Source of the DNA: an uncultured virus (IMG/VR IMGVR_UViG_2711768134_000006)
Lineage: Duplodnaviria; Heunggongvirae; Uroviricota; Caudoviricetes
Reading direction: 5' to 3' (one strand)
Length of the DNA: 64,000 bases
IMG/VR virus record: IMGVR_UViG_2711768134_000006
Shown: positions 59,104-64,000 of the stretch, in pieces
How the letters are laid out: every line of letters starts with the position of its first letter
Position numbering within the stretch: position 1 is the first letter of the stretch
The notes under the pieces: model-generated
Seen by the model: only the letters and a program-made list of their open reading frames with translations
What the model was told of the DNA's origin: nothing
Database searches by the model: none
Made by a program: the position numbers and the translations under genes

Positions 59104-59230
59104 AAAAAGAAGCCTTACAAACTTTGGACGGCGAGTAAGACTTCTTAAATAGCTGATATAATTATCAACTTGAATAGAATGATTATATCAGCTTCTTATA
59201 AAAAATACAACTTATAAGGAGGGATTAATT

Positions 59231-60274
59231 ATGGAGATAATTAATAGAGAAAATGAAAAAAGAATAATAAGCTTTAACAATGAATTATTTGGAGAAATAA
59301 GAACAATTAGAATTGAAAATGAACCCTATTTTGTCGCAACAGATATTGCAAAAGCTCTTGGGTATAAGGACACAACAAATGCAATTAAACAACATTGTAG
59401 GTGGGTGGTGAAACACCACATACCTCACCCACAAAGTAAAACTAAAACTTTGGAAGTGAATATAATACCAGAAGGTGATATGTATAGATTAATTATAAAT
59501 AGCGAATTACCAAGTGCTGAAAAATTTGAGCGTTGGGTATTTGATGAAGTTCTTCCATCAATAAGAGAACATGGAGCTTATATGACTAATGAAGCATTAG
59601 AGAAGGCAATCAATGACCCAGATTGGACTATAAAATTACTTACAGAACTAAAGAAAGAGAGAGCTACTAAAGAAAAGTTAAAAGTAGAGCAAGAGAAAAA
59701 TAAACCTAAACTTGAACTAGCTAATGCTATAGAAAGTTCATCAAGCTCAATACTAATTGCTCAACTATCTAAGATATTAAATCAGAATGGAGTAGATATA
59801 GGGCAGAATAGATTGTTTGAGTGGATGAGAAATAATGAATATCTAATTAGGAAGAAAAGAGCTGACCATAATACTCCAACTCAAAAGTCAATGGATTTGA
59901 AAGTATTAGAGGTTTCTGAGAGTACTGGGATAGATAAAGATGGAAATACTGTAATAAGACAAACTCCTGTTGTAACTGGAAAAGGACAAATATATTTTGT
60001 AAATAAGATATTGAAAGAGAATAACAAAGTACTTAAGAGATTCATGATAAATAATGATTACATAAGAGGAGTTATGGTTGAGATAGGTAAAACATATGCT
60101 ATATATGACCATGAGTACTATGGATTTATTGGTATATTAAAGAGTGTAAGAAATGAGAAAATAAGAGTAGAAAAAATAGGAGATGTTTCTAGCAGTAGGG
60201 ATATTCCAATCTGTATGATAGATTACATAGAAGAAGCTAGTAAAGAAGATATTAATAAATATTTGAGTAAATGA
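59231..60274 (+). CDS. BRO-N plus ANT/KilAC antirepressor with extra C-terminal domain
   Basis: IPEGDMYRLI...FERWVFDEVLP; GQNRLFEWMR...TGKGQIYF. Confidence 0.9.
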   Translation: MEIINRENEKRIISFNNELFGEIRTIRIENEPYFVATDIAKALGYKDTTNAIKQHCRWVVKHHIPHPQSKTKTLEVNIIPEGDMYRLIINSELPSAEKFERWVFDEVLPSIREHGAYMTNEALEKAINDPDWTIKLLTELKKERATKEKLKVEQEKNKPKLELANAIESSSSSILIAQLSKILNQNGVDIGQNRLFEWMRNNEYLIRKKRADHNTPTQKSMDLKVLEVSESTGIDKDGNTVIRQTPVVTGKGQIYFVNKILKENNKVLKRFMINNDYIRGVMVEIGKTYAIYDHEYYGFIGILKSVRNEKIRVEKIGDVSSSRDIPICMIDYIEEASKEDINKYLSK

Positions 60275-60374
60275 TTTTGTGGAAATAGGAGTTTTGGCTT
60301 CTATTTCCTTTTGTAGTATAAATTTTCCTTTAGAATTGATACAATTAATGTATCAGAATAAAGGAGATAATGTT

Positions 60375-61535
60375 ATGTTAATAAGTGAATATATTAAAGA
60401 TAATAGATGTGGGAAAAAAAGTAAATTATATTTCAAAAAGCTTGAAGAAATAAAACAAGAATTTATTAATAGAGATTTAGAATATTTGTTGTTAACAACT
60501 TGGGACGAAGAAATCTCATGTATGATGAAAACTGGAAGAGATTTGGATAAGTTAAAATATAGGGATGGATTTAAGGAAATAAACAATTTATTTGATAGCA
60601 TATCAGAAGAAATAAGAGATGAATATAAAGAAAAAGATACATATACAATGTTTTTTAGCAGTTGCTCTAAAGAAAAATATTATATAGCTTGTGAGTTAGC
60701 CAATAGTGCTTATAAACATATAATACTTCCTAATATATTTGAAGATGACAAAAGTGTAAATCACAAAGTTGTGTTTAAAAAAGAACAAAAAAAAGAAATA
60801 GCATTAATGTTGAAACTTATTTCTAGCTATATGCAACATGGGTTTTCAGGTTATAAAATTTATGATACAGATATAAAATTTATAGAAAATCTATGTTTGT
60901 TTGAGGGTAAAAAGGTTTGTTATCCAAAACCAAATAATTTAACACATTTTTTAGGAGATATTTCTAGGTCTGATAATGACCCAATAGAAATACTTCATGC
61001 TAGAAATGTAATAAACAAAATAATGGAAAAAGGGTATTTTGATAATGAATTTGAACTAGTGTATTTTTTAAGAGGGAAAATAATGACTCCAATGCAAAAT
61101 AAGTATGAGAAAATTGATACATCATCATTAGAAAAAATAAATTATTTAGAAGAAAAAGCGCTTATCCAGAAAAAAATGATTTTAAATGATGAAATGGCTT
61201 ATAAATGGAAAAGTGAGATTAATATGTTTAAAGTAATTTGTAAAAAGTTTAAAGATGCAACACATCAATATAGACCTGAGTGGTTAAATGGTCAAACTTT
61301 AGATGTATTTGTTCCCTCTATTAATTTGGCTTTTGAGTATCAAGGACAACAACATTTTAAGAGTGTAGATTTTTTTGGAGGGGAAGAAACTCTTGAAAAA
61401 AATAAATTAAGAGATAAAAAAAAGAAAAGGCTATGTGATGAAAATAATGTTAAATTAATTTATTGGAATTATGATGAACCAATAACTACTATAGTATTAA
61501 AGAAAAAATTAAAAGAAAATAATGTCGAATTGTAA
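60375..61535 (+). CDS. Protein with C-terminal Vsr/DUF559-like PD-(D/E)xK nuclease
   Basis: LDVFVPSINLAFEYQGQQH...RD..K...C. Confidence 0.7.
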   Translation: MLISEYIKDNRCGKKSKLYFKKLEEIKQEFINRDLEYLLLTTWDEEISCMMKTGRDLDKLKYRDGFKEINNLFDSISEEIRDEYKEKDTYTMFFSSCSKEKYYIACELANSAYKHIILPNIFEDDKSVNHKVVFKKEQKKEIALMLKLISSYMQHGFSGYKIYDTDIKFIENLCLFEGKKVCYPKPNNLTHFLGDISRSDNDPIEILHARNVINKIMEKGYFDNEFELVYFLRGKIMTPMQNKYEKIDTSSLEKINYLEEKALIQKKMILNDEMAYKWKSEINMFKVICKKFKDATHQYRPEWLNGQTLDVFVPSINLAFEYQGQQHFKSVDFFGGEETLEKNKLRDKKKKRLCDENNVKLIYWNYDEPITTIVLKKKLKENNVEL

Positions 61536-61594
61536 TAATTTTCCTAATAGTATATTCTTGATATAATTGAAGTATCAGGATAGGGGGAGATGTT

Positions 61595-62305
61595 ATGGAA
61601 GAATATTTAGGTCATTTTATTTTAATAGGGCTAGGTGTAGGATATATTATTGTTTATTGCTTTATAAGAAACGTAATGGATAATGCTAAAGAAAAAGAAG
61701 CTAGATTAGAAAGAATAGCAGAAAGAAATAGAGAAAAAACAAAGGTGGAAAAGGCTATACAAAAAAATATTTCAATGGCTAAATGTCAAGCTTTTGGTAA
61801 TTCAAACAGTGACAGTGTGATATTAAGCAATAATGGTAAAATATCTATCATTCATGCTGGATTTAAGACAGCAGTTAAAAAAAATATAGAAGATTTAGTA
61901 AGCATTAAGTTTAGCATGCAAGTTAGTGAAAAAAATCAGATGAGGATAATATCTATAGTTCCTACATATGATAAATATACTTTTGTAGAAAAAATATATT
62001 TAACTTTGATATTTGAACTTAATACTTATGAAGTATTTTATATTCCAGAACATAAAAATATAAATAATGCAGATATTCAAGAAAAAATAAAAGAAATGGA
62101 AAGATTTAAATTAGTTGTAGAGAATGAAGCAGCTAAATTTAAAAATGCTAAAATAGAAAGCAATAATGATATAAAAAAAGATGATGATGATATATCAAAA
62201 ATTTCAAATTCATTAAAAGAATTACACAGTTTGAAAGACCAAGAGATATTAACAGAAGAAGAATTTAATGAAAAGAAAAAAGTATTATTAGAGAAAATTA
62301 AATAA
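61595..62305 (+). CDS. Membrane-anchored SHOCT-domain protein (moron)
   Basis: N-terminal TM; LKELHSLKDQEILTEEEFNEKKKVLL. Confidence 0.8.
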   Translation: MEEYLGHFILIGLGVGYIIVYCFIRNVMDNAKEKEARLERIAERNREKTKVEKAIQKNISMAKCQAFGNSNSDSVILSNNGKISIIHAGFKTAVKKNIEDLVSIKFSMQVSEKNQMRIISIVPTYDKYTFVEKIYLTLIFELNTYEVFYIPEHKNINNADIQEKIKEMERFKLVVENEAAKFKNAKIESNNDIKKDDDDISKISNSLKELHSLKDQEILTEEEFNEKKKVLLEKIK

Positions 62306-62363
62306 AAATATTAAGACAGTATACTAACTGTCTTTTTTTATGCTTTAAAAAGGAGTTGGTTAA

Positions 62364-62474
62364 ATGGCAGAAGAATTTAAGATTAAGACCAGTATAGAAC
62401 TTGATGATAAAAAAGCTAGACAACAATTAGCATCATTACAAGCGTCAGCAAAAGAAAATAATGTCGAATTGTAA
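62364..62474 (+). pseudogene. Truncated copy of the tape-measure N-terminus (36 aa)
   Basis: MAEEFKIKTSIELDDKKAR vs MVEEFKIKTSIELDDKEAR at 63580. Confidence 0.8.
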
Positions 62475-62534
62475 TAATTTTCCTAATCGTATATTCTTGA
62501 TATAATTAATGTATCAGAATATAAGGGGGATGTT

Positions 62535-63518
62535 ATGTTTAAGAAGATATTATTGATTGGGATTGTGAGTATATTAGGATTTGGAGTTGTAGGATGTAGT
62601 GATAGTAATAAAAATGAAGTAGTAAAAAAAGAAAAAAAAGAGGTATCATTAGAAGGGCTTACTCATATTATGAAAAACTATGATAAAATGACAGATTATT
62701 CTATAGATAAATTTTCTAATGAAGAGGAAAATGATTTTAATAAAGAGAATTGCATAATAGATGACAATGATGAAAAAACAAAAGAGGCATTAGAAATTAC
62801 AGATAAAACATCTAAAGATATGAATGAATTGATTGCTTTATCTAAAGAATACAAAAAGAATGATTTAAATGACACAAAAAAGAAATTTGAAGATAGAATG
62901 GATGAATTCAAATCAGATATTAATTCTTATATGGTAGATATAACTCCATTTGAAACACCTGAAAGTTTGTTAAAAGAACTTGAAGAAAAGGAAAATGAGA
63001 AGATTATTTGGAAGGAGAGAAAATTTTTTATCATTGATAAAAAATTAGATAGTAAATTTATGGACTCGGAAAACAGGCCAATAAATAGTTGGTTTAAAAG
63101 TAATTATGACTTAAGAAAATTTCAGATAGATTTTCAAAATACAGTATTAACAGGAAATGAACAGTTGAAAAAAAACTTTGATAACATAAAAATGAATATT
63201 GATGATAATAACTCTCATGAATTATTAAAGAATCAGACTAAATTAAAAAAAATTATAAAATATTGGGGTTCAGAATTATATGCTATGAATTCATATATTA
63301 GAAGTAATGAAATTACTTTGAGTGGGAATATGAATATACTTCTTTCTAAATTTGAAGAAGAAATTAGGTGTTATAGGACTATAGAATCTTCATTCTCACA
63401 TGATTTAAAATCGACAAAACAGAATTTAGATAATGATAGTACAATGATGCCTTCTTATATAGAAAGTGCAGAAAAATATTATAATGACATAAAAGAAATG
63501 GAAACTTATTGGAATTAA
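62535..63518 (+). CDS. Lipoprotein (moron)
   Basis: Signal peptide with VVGC lipobox. Confidence 0.85.
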   Translation: MFKKILLIGIVSILGFGVVGCSDSNKNEVVKKEKKEVSLEGLTHIMKNYDKMTDYSIDKFSNEEENDFNKENCIIDDNDEKTKEALEITDKTSKDMNELIALSKEYKKNDLNDTKKKFEDRMDEFKSDINSYMVDITPFETPESLLKELEEKENEKIIWKERKFFIIDKKLDSKFMDSENRPINSWFKSNYDLRKFQIDFQNTVLTGNEQLKKNFDNIKMNIDDNNSHELLKNQTKLKKIIKYWGSELYAMNSYIRSNEITLSGNMNILLSKFEEEIRCYRTIESSFSHDLKSTKQNLDNDSTMMPSYIESAEKYYNDIKEMETYWN

Positions 63519-63579
63519 ATAAAAACATTAAGGCAGTCAATTGACTGTCTTTTTTTATACAAAAAAAGGAGTTGAGTAG

Positions 63580-64000
63580 ATGGTTGAAGAGTTTAAAATT
63601 AAAACCAGTATTGAACTTGATGACAAAGAAGCTAGAGAAAAATTAGAAAAGTTAAAAAATAGTGGTCAAGATAAGCCTATTAAATTAAATTTGAAAATAG
63701 GTGAATTAGATAAGTTATCACAGCAAGCAGAACAACTAAAAGGCATATTTAATAAAGCTTTCAAGATTGATAGTACTGCTTTAAGTAATTTAAAGCAAAT
63801 TGAATCTACTATGAAAGAAATAAATAAACTAAGTAGAAGAAGTCAAGATAGTTTACTTGGTGGTGGCTCTGGAAATACAGGAAATATAAATAATGAACAA
63901 CAAGATTTAATAAGACAATATAAAGAAATTTCAAATGTTGTGTCTAGGCTTCAAAATCAGATGAGGACAGGTTTAGGGGATAGTTCAATTGAAAGAACAA
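63580..64000 (+). CDS. Probable tail tape-measure protein, 5' part (runs off window)
   Basis: AAGGAG RBS; open helical frame to window end; a TMP is otherwise missing from the tail module. Confidence 0.6.
   Translation, partial: MVEEFKIKTSIELDDKEAREKLEKLKNSGQDKPIKLNLKIGELDKLSQQAEQLKGIFNKAFKIDSTALSNLKQIESTMKEINKLSRRSQDSLLGGGSGNTGNINNEQQDLIRQYKEISNVVSRLQNQMRTGLGDSSIERT

Larger units (their letters stand above)
1..64000. mobile_element. Large temperate phage / plasmid-prophage segment (phiCD211-like, clostridial)
   Basis: Terminase-portal-capsid-tail module, ParM partition, iteron origin, antirepressors and divergent arms, with no host housekeeping genes. The phiCD211-like assignment is inferred from gene content (cas3, parM, ligase, AT richness). 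Confidence 0.9.

Noticed and set aside
1616..62911. Many 60-150 aa ORFs antisense to longer genes (e.g. 1616, 3132, 9634, 14665, 47108, 57054)
   Set aside because: Shadow frames of A-rich coding strands: F/S/L/I-rich, no RBS

Overview
This is a very AT-rich (roughly a quarter G+C by eye) 64 kb segment of a large temperate siphovirus of a clostridial host. By inference from gene content it is most likely a Clostridioides difficile phiCD211/phiCDIF1296T-like plasmid-prophage with SPbeta-like organisation. Left arm (1-24.9 kb, almost all minus strand): many small early/accessory genes, ATP-dependent DNA ligase, Tpt1/KptA, YopX, an MrpR-like recombinase-fold repressor beside a divergent tyrosine recombinase, Phd/Doc, a stand-alone Cas3 with decayed helicase motifs and no array, and a mini-ArdA. 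Centre (23.3-34.1 kb): an Xre switch driving a ~500 nt ORF-free structured transcript, recombinase-type sites, a ParR/ParM partition cassette, two wHTH initiator-like genes, an iteron + DnaA-box origin, HU, and a cluster of structured ncRNA candidates around a DIP1984-like coiled-coil gene. Right arm (34.4-64 kb, plus strand): phosphoesterase, terminase, portal, capsid and tail genes, then a ~14 kb accessory island (antirepressors, orphan LytTR regulator, Type IIG R-M, Xre switch, stacked moron cassettes) before the probable tape-measure gene that runs off the window. All family calls come from motifs recognised by eye; no searches were run.
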